Shown piece by piece: positions 20,696 through 30,856 of a stretch of DNA of 64,000 nt. The stretch covers positions 43,699 to 107,698 of the forward strand of contig CAZFGR010000002.1 in NCBI GenBank assembly GCA_964518475.1, given 5' to 3'. Positions within the stretch are counted from its first letter, which is position 1. Each line of letters starts with the position of its first letter. Origin of the DNA: an uncultured Nitrososphaerota archaeon (GTDB lineage: Archaea; Asgardarchaeota; Njordarchaeia; Njordarchaeales; Njordarchaeaceae). A program made the position numbers and the translations under genes. The notes under the pieces were generated by a model. That model was given only the letters and a program-made list of their open reading frames with translations, made no database searches and had not been told where the DNA came from.

Positions 20696-20947
20696 AGAGA
20701 ATCACCCTTTAAAGTATTACTATCAAAAGTGAAAATCCAGAAGATCTAAACAAATATTTTGTTCTTAAAGAAAAGATACAGAGCACAAATCTTTTACTTC
20801 ATCCAAATTAACCCACCAGATATCGGTGACCTATAAGATATTTGCTGGGTATCGATATTATCAAAACATACTTGCCTTGATAAAAACGCGTTTTATACAT
20901 GATAGTTATATGGCTAAGCTAAATTCTAAAATTGGTGATTAGTTCTG

Positions 20948-21442
20948 CTATAGGGTATATTGTTTCCTGGATTCAAGCCATTTCTGCAGTTTCGCAAATT
21001 TCTCTTCTGTTATAGGGTTTATGGGTTCTATTTCCTCTATTTTTGCGAAATCGTTTACATCGGTGGTGTATACGATTCTTAATCCTAGGTCGTGCATTAT
21101 AGTTACTAGGTAGGCGTCCCAAGAATCAATTAAATAGTTCTTAGCGATTCTCATACTTCTTCTCACGCGGTTTAAACTTAGGTCAGAGAACCATAATGCT
21201 TCTCCTATACCGACTAGAGAATATAACTTATCTGCCACGTCATCTGGGCGCGCTCTTAGATAATGCACAGCAACAATGAATGCTCCCATAATGCTACTTA
21301 ATGGAATTACGCATCGTATCTCTCCCTTCAGTACTTTGTTTAACCACTTTAAGGCATCGTTCTGGGCTGGGTTCTCTACGATAGCGAGAGCTATCGGGCC
21401 GACATCGGCTATTGCTTTATACCGAGCTTCTTTTCTGCCCAT
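20948..21442 (-). CDS. vapC: PIN-domain VapC-type toxin
   Basis: IADVG, DSWDAYL, YTTDVNDF acidic residues; overlaps upstream antitoxin. Confidence 0.8.
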   Translation of the reverse strand: MGRKEARYKAIADVGPIALAIVENPAQNDALKWLNKVLKGEIRCVIPLSSIMGAFIVAVHYLRARPDDVADKLYSLVGIGEALWFSDLSLNRVRRSMRIAKNYLIDSWDAYLVTIMHDLGLRIVYTTDVNDFAKIEEIEPINPITEEKFAKLQKWLESRKQYTL

Positions 21443-21687
21443 TTTCTGTCCGCCTCAGAAGAAACCCCTTTCTCTACATCATAAACAAATGGCTTCGCAG
21501 GATTCCTCCTTATAAAATCAATTACCGAATCTACATCCTCGACATCTATTGATATACTACCCTGCCTAATCCAGAGCAACATAGCTTCCTCAAGCGCTTC
21601 CCGAATACTAATCCCTCTAAGAGCCGCTAACGCTTTAAATTTTCGGTAGATTTCATCATCAATACCTCTAATCGTTACAGAAGACAT
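21409..21687 (-). CDS. RHH (FitA/VapB-like) antitoxin
   Basis: MSSVTIRGIDDEIYRKFKALAALRGISIREALEEA; start reassigned to 21687. Confidence 0.8.
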   Translation of the reverse strand: MSSVTIRGIDDEIYRKFKALAALRGISIREALEEAMLLWIRQGSISIDVEDVDSVIDFIRRNPAKPFVYDVEKGVSSEADRKWAEKKLGIKQ

Positions 21688-21907
21688 CACAACCACCAAA
21701 TAATCAATTATAGTAAGCAAAGTATTAAAAATCATACTATAATAATTTTGCATAATTTTCATAAAATTGTTGTGATCAAGCTATGAATCCTTGTTTACAA
21801 GACTTTCACTCCCATATTATCAACTTCACGTCATGTATAAAAATACGAAAAAAATACCTTGAATATGCTTAAAACTTATAGATCTTTTCTCGAAAGGATC
21901 ATAGAGT

Positions 21908-22771
21908 ATGCTAGGTTACATATATGCGTTCATGTCGGCTCTTTGCTGGTCATCCGCAGCTATTCTTTACGGATACGCTGTTAAGAATAGAGATCCTTTA
22001 ATGGTAACTATTCTTAGAATACACCCAGCTTTCTTAGTCACGTTAATCGGTGTTCTATTGCTCAGGGAATTGAAGCTGGAGATCTTATTTGATCCATGGA
22101 TCCTGCTACTGGCTATTATAACTGGTGCCATAGGAATGTTCTTAGGATCCTACACCTATATGTATTCCTTGAAGAAAGCGGGTGTATCGGTGGTTTATCC
22201 AATAGCTTTCAGTTACCCAATATACGTCTCGTTGATAACGATAGCTTTTCTAGGGGAGCGATTCAGCGTAGGAATCCCAATCGGATTAGCTCTCTTAATA
22301 ACCGGTCTATACCTCATATCCTCCGAAAAATCCACGAGCAGAGAAAAGGATTATAGAAAAGGTGTTATAGTAGCTGTTATAACCTCCCTTATATGGGCTC
22401 TCAATGCCATTTTAGCTAAAATAGCTCTATACAGGGCGCCACCAGTACTCTTCGCCATGATGCGTTTATTAACTCTATCTATCCTTGTGACCCCCTTACT
22501 TCTTCAACGGATCTATGAGGCAAGGGAGTTTAGTCGTAGCGAGTTACTGGCAGCTACTATTGGTGGAGCTATAGGGATTGGAATCGGTTTAATATTTTCC
22601 CATCTAGCTATAGTAGATATAGGAGCTGCCAGAACAACAATAATTGGTTCTTCATCCCCAGCACTATCAATATTATTAGCCACTATATTTTTGAAAGAAA
22701 AGCCGGGAAAGAGGGCTTTGATTGGAGCCTTAATAGTTAGTGCAGCAATATTCGTGGTAGCAATCTTCTAG
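21908..22771 (+). CDS. EamA/DMT family transporter
   Basis: About 10 TM helices in two repeats; FLGE and FLKEK motifs. Confidence 0.9.
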   Translation: MLGYIYAFMSALCWSSAAILYGYAVKNRDPLMVTILRIHPAFLVTLIGVLLLRELKLEILFDPWILLLAIITGAIGMFLGSYTYMYSLKKAGVSVVYPIAFSYPIYVSLITIAFLGERFSVGIPIGLALLITGLYLISSEKSTSREKDYRKGVIVAVITSLIWALNAILAKIALYRAPPVLFAMMRLLTLSILVTPLLLQRIYEAREFSRSELLAATIGGAIGIGIGLIFSHLAIVDIGAARTTIIGSSSPALSILLATIFLKEKPGKRALIGALIVSAAIFVVAIF

Positions 22772-22876
22772 ACATTCACCAAGCAAAAAATGAAATCTTT
22801 AAAATGTCGCTTTATTATACATTATATTTAAATAGATGTTACGAAGAAGATTATTTTTTAGGAGACTTATTATCTC

Positions 22877-23296
22877 TTGGTGGTGCCTTTGGCCGGGCAT
22901 TTCGTTAGAATCCGCATTAGATCGAATTTTTCAACAATTTTTAGATTACTTTTAAGTGGATTTGGGAATATTTACTGTAAAGTTTTTGCCAGAGAGAATA
23001 AGAGGATTGGAGCCATTTTGGATGAGAAGTGGTTCCTTAGGACAAATTCCTCTGTGGCTTTAGCGATTTTTGTTGAAGAGCTGTCATCGGATGAATGTCT
23101 TGTGGATCTCGTGTCTTATGCTGGTGGAGTTGGATTATTAAATATTTCCTGGGACTCTCATCTCGACTATATTGCTGATGTCTTGCGTTTTCTGAAAAGT
23201 CATAACATAGAATTTAAGAAGGAGATGGAGATTAATTATCTATATCCAACTAACTGGCCAGATGATGTCAAGAGGATGCTAGCGGAGCTGGGATGA
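22877..23296 (+). CDS. Hypothetical protein, DUF6054-like
   Basis: EKWFLRTNSSVAL...AGGVGLLNISW pattern. Confidence 0.6.
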   Translation: MVVPLAGHFVRIRIRSNFSTIFRLLLSGFGNIYCKVFARENKRIGAILDEKWFLRTNSSVALAIFVEELSSDECLVDLVSYAGGVGLLNISWDSHLDYIADVLRFLKSHNIEFKKEMEINYLYPTNWPDDVKRMLAELG

Positions 23297-23302
23297 TTTT
23301 TA

Positions 23303-24100
23303 GTGGTGATCTCTTTGGAGAACGCTGTTATGATCGAGGTAAGAAACCTGGTTAAGTATTATGGTTCTGTAAGAGCTGTTGATGGTATATCCTTTGAGGT
23401 CAGAGCTTGTGAGATTTATGGTCTCTTAGGACCTAATGGAGCTGGGAAAACGACTACTCTGAAAATTATTGCTGGTCTTCTGAAGCCCACCGCTGGTGAA
23501 GTCTCTGTGTTGGGTTCTTCTCCTGTAGAAGATCCAGTTACCGTTAAGAGGCTTATAGGGTATGTTCCGGAGGAGGTCTCTCTCTACGATTCCTTGACTG
23601 TTATGGAGTTTCTTGAGTTTGTTGCTTCTGTAAGGGGGTTGGATCCCTCTGTCTGGTCTTGGGTAGATACTCTTATGAAATCGTTCGAGATAACGCATTA
23701 TATGTACACTCCTATAGGAGCCTTATCGCAGGGAACGAAGCAGAAAGTAGCTATTATAGCGGCACTGATGCATAGACCAAAGGTATTGATTCTTGATGAA
23801 CCTCTTAAGGGCCTTGATGCTAGATCTGCTAGGATTTTTAAGGAGCTTATGCAGCTCCATATCAGGAACGGTGGTGCTATTCTGTTTTCTACTCATATTA
23901 TGGAGATTGCTGAGAACATATGTACTAGAATAGGTATTATCCATAAGGGAAAGATCTTAGCTGAGGGGTCTGTTGATGATTTAAGAAAATTGGCTAATGA
24001 ACCATCGGGTAGGTTAGAGGAGGTATTTTTACAGCTCACTAAGGAGAGGGAGGAGATTTCTCATATTATTGAGGAGCTTAGGAGGGAGCTTTCCAAATGA
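23303..24100 (+). CDS. ABC exporter ATP-binding subunit
   Basis: GPNGAGKTT, LSQG, LILDEP, STH. Confidence 0.95.
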   Translation: MVISLENAVMIEVRNLVKYYGSVRAVDGISFEVRACEIYGLLGPNGAGKTTTLKIIAGLLKPTAGEVSVLGSSPVEDPVTVKRLIGYVPEEVSLYDSLTVMEFLEFVASVRGLDPSVWSWVDTLMKSFEITHYMYTPIGALSQGTKQKVAIIAALMHRPKVLILDEPLKGLDARSARIFKELMQLHIRNGGAILFSTHIMEIAENICTRIGIIHKGKILAEGSVDDLRKLANEPSGRLEEVFLQLTKEREEISHIIEELRRELSK

Positions 24101-25713
24101 GGTCTCTGAGGGATTTATGGAATTACTCTAAGATTGTTTATAGGGAAATGCTTTTTCGAATGCTCTCGTTTCAACAAACAGTATCCATTACCGATCCAGA
24201 ATCTATCAAAAAACTCGCTAGATCAGCGAATCAATCTCTTTATCTTCACAAGATCTTTATGTTGATAGCAACTGTTATAATAACCATGTCTACTGCTTTC
24301 TCCGCGTCATTCCTTTTTTCACAAATGAGTGGTGGAAAATTGGTCTATTCTCTTTCCCTCTTGTTTCTCTCTTTTTTATTACTGAGTGCTTTCATGTTAT
24401 TCTTTATGGCGGTTATACAGGTATCCATACTCATGTCTCCAGATATTTACCAGCCCTTACTAGTTCTTGATTTTGATGACAAGGAATTATCTCTTATCTC
24501 CTCTTTCGCACTGATAAGGATATTCGATGCGTTTATCATTGGTTCCCCAATCCTTACTATCGTGACATTCGCTTTTACTCGGAGAATTCTTCCTGGTTTT
24601 CTACTAGCGATACTTCTTGGCGCTACCTATCTCATCACACTATATTTAATGGTTATATTAGGGAAAAACTATATTAGATTCGCGACACCTGAAGTATCTG
24701 GCGCAAGACTTATCTTGAGGGTATTTATTCTGCTCGGTTACACAATAGTCTTCTCCCTTCTATACCTGATACCATTCGTAATCAATAATCTAATGCCCCA
24801 AGTCATCGAGGCCTTTCTAGCCACACCAGAAACTTTCAGAAGAATTCTAACCTATATTCCACCATTCTCCGCTACCTACCTTGTGGCTCTTATTTACGCA
24901 GGCAATGGAAGTACTCAGGGAATCGCTATACCAATTCTTTCTTCCCTAGGTTATTTGGTAATCGCATGGATAAGTTTTAAGAAAATGATATCAGTAGTCG
25001 GGGAAATTCCCTATCTCTCCCAATTGGTATCGGCTAGAAAAGAGGTTATGATGGGAGCTCCGAAAATAAGACCACCATTCATAGGAATAATTCGGAAGGA
25101 TTTCAAGTTATTGATTCGTCAAGTCAATTACGCCATGCTTCTATTTCTGGGCCCAGTGCTGTTTGGGATTTATGCAATAATCTATTATCTCATGGAGATT
25201 CCTTTAACAATGCTAACCGGTATGTCATACGTGATAATTTTCACTATTTTCATGACGGCTACTAGTATATTGGCGATAGATGGTAAGGGCGGAGAATTCC
25301 TACTTAGTCTGCCCGTGAGTTTGAAAGACATAGCTAAAAGCAAAGCATTCCTCATAACCACTTCATATGTAATATTTGGGGTATTCGCACTCGTTTTCTT
25401 TGCAATAGTTTTGCCTCACGAAATATCGTTAGGAGAAGCTATCCTGCTAAATACCGTTGGTGTCTTTGCTGGTAGTTATCGCGTATTGAGAAAAGCGATA
25501 ACACAAGTGATGGAGAGAGGGGAGCCTTTAACTGATTTAGCTAAAAACGTGATATATCTACTCTACGTTATGGGAATCTCGCTTATCTATGGAATCCTAC
25601 CACTAATAATAGTTCAACTAAGCTTTTTAATTAGAATTCGGATAGTAGAAACTCTCATAATAGCGCTCATCTTTCAGATAATATACTTTGTTACATACAA
25701 GATTTCAAAATAA
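24097..25713 (+). CDS. ABC exporter multi-pass permease
   Basis: About 12-14 TM helices; KDFKLLIR and LLSLPV motifs; coupled to the ATPase. Confidence 0.85.
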   Translation: MRSLRDLWNYSKIVYREMLFRMLSFQQTVSITDPESIKKLARSANQSLYLHKIFMLIATVIITMSTAFSASFLFSQMSGGKLVYSLSLLFLSFLLLSAFMLFFMAVIQVSILMSPDIYQPLLVLDFDDKELSLISSFALIRIFDAFIIGSPILTIVTFAFTRRILPGFLLAILLGATYLITLYLMVILGKNYIRFATPEVSGARLILRVFILLGYTIVFSLLYLIPFVINNLMPQVIEAFLATPETFRRILTYIPPFSATYLVALIYAGNGSTQGIAIPILSSLGYLVIAWISFKKMISVVGEIPYLSQLVSARKEVMMGAPKIRPPFIGIIRKDFKLLIRQVNYAMLLFLGPVLFGIYAIIYYLMEIPLTMLTGMSYVIIFTIFMTATSILAIDGKGGEFLLSLPVSLKDIAKSKAFLITTSYVIFGVFALVFFAIVLPHEISLGEAILLNTVGVFAGSYRVLRKAITQVMERGEPLTDLAKNVIYLLYVMGISLIYGILPLIIVQLSFLIRIRIVETLIIALIFQIIYFVTYKISK

Positions 25714-25855
25714 TCGCTAAACATTCTTCCATAATCCCACACTTTTCCACTTAATCATTAAGATAATTTCTCGCGGAAATTATTCTACTATAGAAGTATG
25801 GATAAAAGTTAAATGAATGAAGACTATTCCTTTTTTAGAGTTTGGGGGTGATTAT

Positions 25856-27004
25856 TTGGGACACAAGATAAGGGATGTCCGCCTCTTTATCCTAGATGTT
25901 AGGTTGCAGGAACCTTTCGCAATATCCTTTAAAACATTTACCCATGCCGAGAACTTCCTAGTTGTTGTAGAGACAGAAGACGGTTTAGTTGGTTACGGCG
26001 AGGGTGCACCTTTCAAACCGATAACGGGTGATAGTAGAGAGGAAGCACTAGACTTTGCCAAGAGAGTTGCTAAGGAATTGAAAGGTTTTACTTTCACCGA
26101 TGTGCGAGAGGTTCACGAAGCACTGAATAAGATTGGTAATGAGCTCGGTTTTACGAGCCAAACAGTTCTTGCCGCTATTGATATGGCTATTTATGATATT
26201 CTTGGGAAAAGTAAGAATGTCCCAGTTTATAAGATTTTAGGAGCTGAGAAGCCCCATTTAGTACCTAATACCCTCACTATCGGGATCAAACCAATCGATA
26301 AAACCGTAGAATCCGCCAAGAAACTAATGAGTGATTTTAAAGAGAATGGCTTGAAGAGAATAAAACTCAAACTCTCGGGCGATTTAAAGAGCGATATTGA
26401 AAGAGTATTAGCTGTAGCAAAGGTCTTTCCTGGAGAATTCACCTTGGATGCTAACCAAGGATATAAGGATCCAGAAGACGCTGTTAAACTCGTGAAGAAA
26501 CTGTATAATGAATTAGGAGATAGAATTATCTTACTAGAGGAGCCCTGTCCGAAGGGAGATATAGAAAAAATGAAGTATGTTAAGGATAGATCCGAAATAC
26601 CTATTTTCGCTGATGAGTCTGCAGCTACTGTGGAGGATGCTAGGAGAGTAGCTGAGGCCGGAGCCGCGGATGGAATCAATATAAAACTACAGAAGGCTGG
26701 TGGGATTTATTATGGGTTAAAAATCGCTGAAATTGCTAAGGAGCATAATCTTAAACTAATGGTTGGTTGTATGCTTGAAACAGGCATATCCATTGCTGCT
26801 GGAATACACTTCGCAACCGCGATTAAGGAAGTAATAAACACGGACCTAGACTCTGACTTAACCCTTGGAATCAACATCTTAAAGGAAATCCACCCGTTCA
26901 AAGATGGTTGCAGAGTCCCTCTAGAAGCTCCAGGATTAGGTATAGAGCCACTAGAAATAATCAAGAACATCATAAACGAAGATCTCCGACTCTTAAAAGC
27001 TTAA
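25856..27004 (+). CDS. Dipeptide epimerase (L-Ala-D/L-Glu epimerase-like, enolase superfamily)
   Basis: KLK, DANQG, EEP, ADES, GCMLE, DLD; likely TTG start after GGGGGTGA. Confidence 0.88.
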   Translation: MGHKIRDVRLFILDVRLQEPFAISFKTFTHAENFLVVVETEDGLVGYGEGAPFKPITGDSREEALDFAKRVAKELKGFTFTDVREVHEALNKIGNELGFTSQTVLAAIDMAIYDILGKSKNVPVYKILGAEKPHLVPNTLTIGIKPIDKTVESAKKLMSDFKENGLKRIKLKLSGDLKSDIERVLAVAKVFPGEFTLDANQGYKDPEDAVKLVKKLYNELGDRIILLEEPCPKGDIEKMKYVKDRSEIPIFADESAATVEDARRVAEAGAADGINIKLQKAGGIYYGLKIAEIAKEHNLKLMVGCMLETGISIAAGIHFATAIKEVINTDLDSDLTLGINILKEIHPFKDGCRVPLEAPGLGIEPLEIIKNIINEDLRLLKA

Positions 27005-27134
27005 CCACAACTCCTTCATTTAGCTTTACAATTTCTCAGAACATAAGATAAGAATCTCTAACATAAATTCGAAGCCTAAGTTTGGTAAAATAGAAAAATC
27101 CTGAAATTATAAGGCCAAAAAATAAAGAAAATGA

Positions 27135-28775
27135 TTATAGCTGGTGGGCAATTACTTTCTTTTTCTTCAATTTTACATAAAGTAAAATAGTCACAACAAT
27201 AGTAGAAGATATTGCAATCGCAACAACCACACTTAATATCAACGAATCGAAAGACGTTGTTTGCACTTTATCGGCTCTTATTGGATTCATATTGTTCGCT
27301 ACTTCATAGCCATCTCCGTACCCGTCTCCATCACTATCATATGAATAAGGATTGGAACCGATAAGCTCCTCGGAATATGTAGATAACCCGTCTAGATCAG
27401 GATCAATCAATAGGTAATTCCCAATATAAGACCCATTAACAGATGGAAACGGAAAATCAATCCTAAAACCGCTACTCAACAAATCAAAGGCGGTAATCCC
27501 ATCAGTGCCGGTAACAAGCATATCGACGTCGGAATCATCATCTATGTCGACCAATGTTACTGGTTTAGCATCTTGATCCCAGCCAATGCCAGTATAGTAA
27601 AACTTCTTCTCGTCCCAGTCGAAAACCCAAATATAGTGTATTCCGCTAATCACGATTTCAGACCTATTATCACCATCGACATCCCCAATAGCACCAAATC
27701 CCTCGTAAATATAATTGTACTCTGGCAACAATGTATAATACAGCAATTTACCATCATTACTAATGATGAACATGAGGTATGCAGATACGACGACGATTTC
27801 TAGTTCTCCATCCGAGTTAACATCTCCCACAGATGGGGAAACGCCAAAAGTCCACCTAACATAATGCCTAGTGCGTTCATCTAGTATATAATCTAGGTAA
27901 TCAAGTCGCCATAGAATTTCTCCAGAAGAAAGATCAATAGCAAAACAACTATAAATCGAGGAGAGAAAAATATCTGGAGAACCATCCCCATTAACATCCA
28001 CTATAATAGGCTCAGAAAAAATATAATCTCCCTCAAGGAGATCCAAGCTAACACTCCTCAACAGAGTCCCATTGGCAGATAAAAGAAGCAAAGTATCAGG
28101 CATAGAAAAACGATGAGTACCATTAGAATCATACGTAGCCACGATTTCCCATGAACCATCATTGTCAAGATCAACGAAAGCAAACTTACTGAAAAGACCA
28201 TCCCACGAAAGACTCCACAAGACCGAACCATTAAGCCCGCTAAAAACTATCAAGTCATGTCTTCTAGTCACAATGATTTCTCCGATACCATCGTTGTTTA
28301 TATCCATGAGAGGTCTAGCGAAACCAGTAATATTTAAAGCGAACTCTAATCCTCCACTAGCCCCATCTAATACATAAATATTACTTTCAGTATTCACGAG
28401 GATTTCGAGGTATTCATCTTTATCCAAATTGCCAATTGATAAAGGTGCAACCAAAGGACCCGTCGAAACAGTAGTGTTCCACACCACAGAACCAGTCTTG
28501 AGATTCAGCACCCAGACACCACAGTTATCATCAACTGTTGTCCCAGCCACGACAACCTCCAATTCTCCGTCGTTATTGGTATCACCCACTACTGGTGGTG
28601 ACCATATCGTTGGCTCTAAGTACTTCAACCATTTGATAGTTGCGTTAAGCAAGGAGTAACTACTAGACTCTATGAATAATTGGTATTTATTCTGAGTAAC
28701 ACTGAAGTAGAGATTAGAAATAATCACCATAGAAAATAGTAAGAAAAGTAATATGATTGATTTGCCATGTCGCAT
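27135..28775 (-). CDS. Paralog of the FG-GAP propeller surface protein at 17898
   Basis: Same architecture; long near-identical blocks such as FDLLSSGFRIDFPFPS.NGSYIGNY.LIDPDLDGLSTYSE. Confidence 0.9.
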   Translation of the reverse strand: MRHGKSIILLFLLFSMVIISNLYFSVTQNKYQLFIESSSYSLLNATIKWLKYLEPTIWSPPVVGDTNNDGELEVVVAGTTVDDNCGVWVLNLKTGSVVWNTTVSTGPLVAPLSIGNLDKDEYLEILVNTESNIYVLDGASGGLEFALNITGFARPLMDINNDGIGEIIVTRRHDLIVFSGLNGSVLWSLSWDGLFSKFAFVDLDNDGSWEIVATYDSNGTHRFSMPDTLLLLSANGTLLRSVSLDLLEGDYIFSEPIIVDVNGDGSPDIFLSSIYSCFAIDLSSGEILWRLDYLDYILDERTRHYVRWTFGVSPSVGDVNSDGELEIVVVSAYLMFIISNDGKLLYYTLLPEYNYIYEGFGAIGDVDGDNRSEIVISGIHYIWVFDWDEKKFYYTGIGWDQDAKPVTLVDIDDDSDVDMLVTGTDGITAFDLLSSGFRIDFPFPSVNGSYIGNYLLIDPDLDGLSTYSEELIGSNPYSYDSDGDGYGDGYEVANNMNPIRADKVQTTSFDSLILSVVVAIAISSTIVVTILLYVKLKKKKVIAHQL

Positions 28776-29129
28776 CTCTAAACGCACCTTTTATCATACT
28801 AGGATTGCTAATACGGTGAAGGATGCGTCCACTTACCTTAGAAGTGATATTATTTATACCAAATAACTTTATATCGCAATGTATAAAAAATAAAACACCA
28901 CATATAAATTTAACAACCGTCGTCAATTTTAACCATATATATGAGATAAGAAGAGGGGGATCGTAGGATAATCAACAACTAAGATATCTAAATATCTGGA
29001 CTTGACTTATTTTGAAGAAGTAGAATCGAGGATAGGATAGAGCGTGATTAAGAGCATATTCAGAGAAATGAAGTGTATTCACTTATAAAAGTATGAATTT
29101 AATAAGGAATTTTGAAAACAAAGCCAAGA

Positions 29130-30257
29130 TTAGTCTAATTTTTTCAGGATGTGAACTATTGCTGATGTTGCTACTCCACCGATGTTTTCTGCTAGACCTA
29201 TTTTTGCTCCTTCTACTTGATTCTTATCCGCTTCTCCCCTAAGTTGTAGGGTTATCTCGACTATTTGGTATACTCCTGTTGCTCCTACTGGGTGTCCGCG
29301 GGCTTTTAATCCTCCAAAAGTATTTGTTGGTAATGAGCCATTTATTCTTATCTCCTCATTTTTTACGAGTTTCCAGCCTTCTCCTGGCTTAGCAAAGCCT
29401 AAGCTCTCTAATCCTAGAATACCAGTTATGCTGAATGCATCATGCACCTCTAGCACATCTATGTCTCTTGGCCCAATTTTAGCTATGTTATATGCTTTAG
29501 AAGCGGCTTCTTGAACAGCTCTTAGGATGAGTGGATTTTCCCTATTAGCTAGCCGTATCTTGTCGTGAGAAACCTCCGAGGCAGTGATCTCTACGTCTCC
29601 TTTCTCGCTGGATAATATCAGTGCTGCGGCTCCATCACCATAAGCCGATGCTTCTAATAAATGAAGAGGATCTGCGATTATGGGGGATTTCTTAACGGCC
29701 TCCACAGTTATCTTTCTCCTAAACTGGGCATATGGGTTCGATAATGCGTGGTCGTGGCAAATTACTGGAAACATCATTATGTATTCATGATCTACACCAT
29801 ACGTATCCAGATAATATCTTAGAGCTAAAGCGTTTAGGGAAATGAATGTTGATCCCATATTAAAGCTTGCTAACCAATCATCAGCCAGCATCATGGCTGA
29901 GGTATTCTCTGGTGTTAGCGTATCAGTTAGCTTCTCAACCCCTACAACAAGAACGTTCTTAGCTCCGCTTTTTACATATCTGTAACCTAGGTGAACCCCC
30001 ATACCACCAGAGCCACAAGCAGATTCGACACGAATGCTATGTGCCCTTAAGCCTAAATAGTCCGCTAAATAACTGGCTAAGTTTGATTGGTTTATCAGGT
30101 AATCAGCGACCATGTTAGAAACTATTACTGCATCAACGTCTCTTACATTAGCATCCTCTAATGCCTTTGTTGCTGCTTCAATGAGTAGGTCAATGATGTT
30201 TTTGTCCCAGTGATCCCCTACTTTAGTCATTCCAGTTCCAGCTATCATTACTGGCAA
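29130..30257 (-). CDS. Archaeal SCP2-type thiolase (acetyl-CoA acetyltransferase)
   Basis: ESACGSG, EVHDAF, GHPVGATG, NIGG. Confidence 0.92.
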   Translation of the reverse strand: MPVMIAGTGMTKVGDHWDKNIIDLLIEAATKALEDANVRDVDAVIVSNMVADYLINQSNLASYLADYLGLRAHSIRVESACGSGGMGVHLGYRYVKSGAKNVLVVGVEKLTDTLTPENTSAMMLADDWLASFNMGSTFISLNALALRYYLDTYGVDHEYIMMFPVICHDHALSNPYAQFRRKITVEAVKKSPIIADPLHLLEASAYGDGAAALILSSEKGDVEITASEVSHDKIRLANRENPLILRAVQEAASKAYNIAKIGPRDIDVLEVHDAFSITGILGLESLGFAKPGEGWKLVKNEEIRINGSLPTNTFGGLKARGHPVGATGVYQIVEITLQLRGEADKNQVEGAKIGLAENIGGVATSAIVHILKKLD

Positions 30258-30259
30258 AA

Positions 30260-30856
30260 CTATTTCACCTCCTGCGCTCTTTGATAAGCTCTCTCCAAAG
30301 TTCTAATGTTTAATTCAGCATACTTCGGTGGAGAAATCGTCCTTATAGCCTCTATTAATGCGTCCTTGCTAATTGGTAAAAGCTCCAGTCCAGCAGCAAA
30401 ACCTACGAGTGCGACGTTTTCTCCTCTAGGATTATTTGTTGATAAAGCGATTTCTCTGGCATCTATTAAATAATATTTAATTGAGGAATTATTGAGTATT
30501 CTCCTTATCTCATCGTCGCTGGGGTACTGATGCATACCTATTTTGATGTTGACTGGTTCTATTTTTCTGAAATTTATTACTGCTACTCCATTGGATTTTA
30601 CATAGTTAATATTACGGAGTGACTCCAGTACCTCGAATCCTAGCAATAGGTCAGCTTTTGAAAAAGGTATTATTGGAGAAACGTTGGTATTCTGATAGAT
30701 TCTTACGAAGCTTAGGACGGATCCTCCTCTCTGTGCAAGCCCTTTCCTATGAGTGAGTTTTACTTTGTAGCCATTATTCATGGCGGCTGTAGCTAATAGA
30801 TTCGACGCAAAAACTATTCCCTGACCCCCAACACCTGTCAATACGATATCCGTCAT
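30260..30856 (-). CDS. iorB: Indolepyruvate:ferredoxin oxidoreductase beta subunit
   Basis: GVGGQG, GLAQRGGSV, FEVLESLR. Confidence 0.92.
   Translation of the reverse strand: MTDIVLTGVGGQGIVFASNLLATAAMNNGYKVKLTHRKGLAQRGGSVLSFVRIYQNTNVSPIIPFSKADLLLGFEVLESLRNINYVKSNGVAVINFRKIEPVNIKIGMHQYPSDDEIRRILNNSSIKYYLIDAREIALSTNNPRGENVALVGFAAGLELLPISKDALIEAIRTISPPKYAELNIRTLERAYQRAQEVK

Noticed and set aside
20883-20894. Perfect palindrome AAAACGCGTTTT
   Set aside because: Single low-complexity instance with no associated regulator or second copy
28714-28926. 70-aa minus-strand ORF upstream of the FG-GAP paralog
   Set aside because: It runs through AT-rich promoter-like DNA and overlaps the real gene start out of frame
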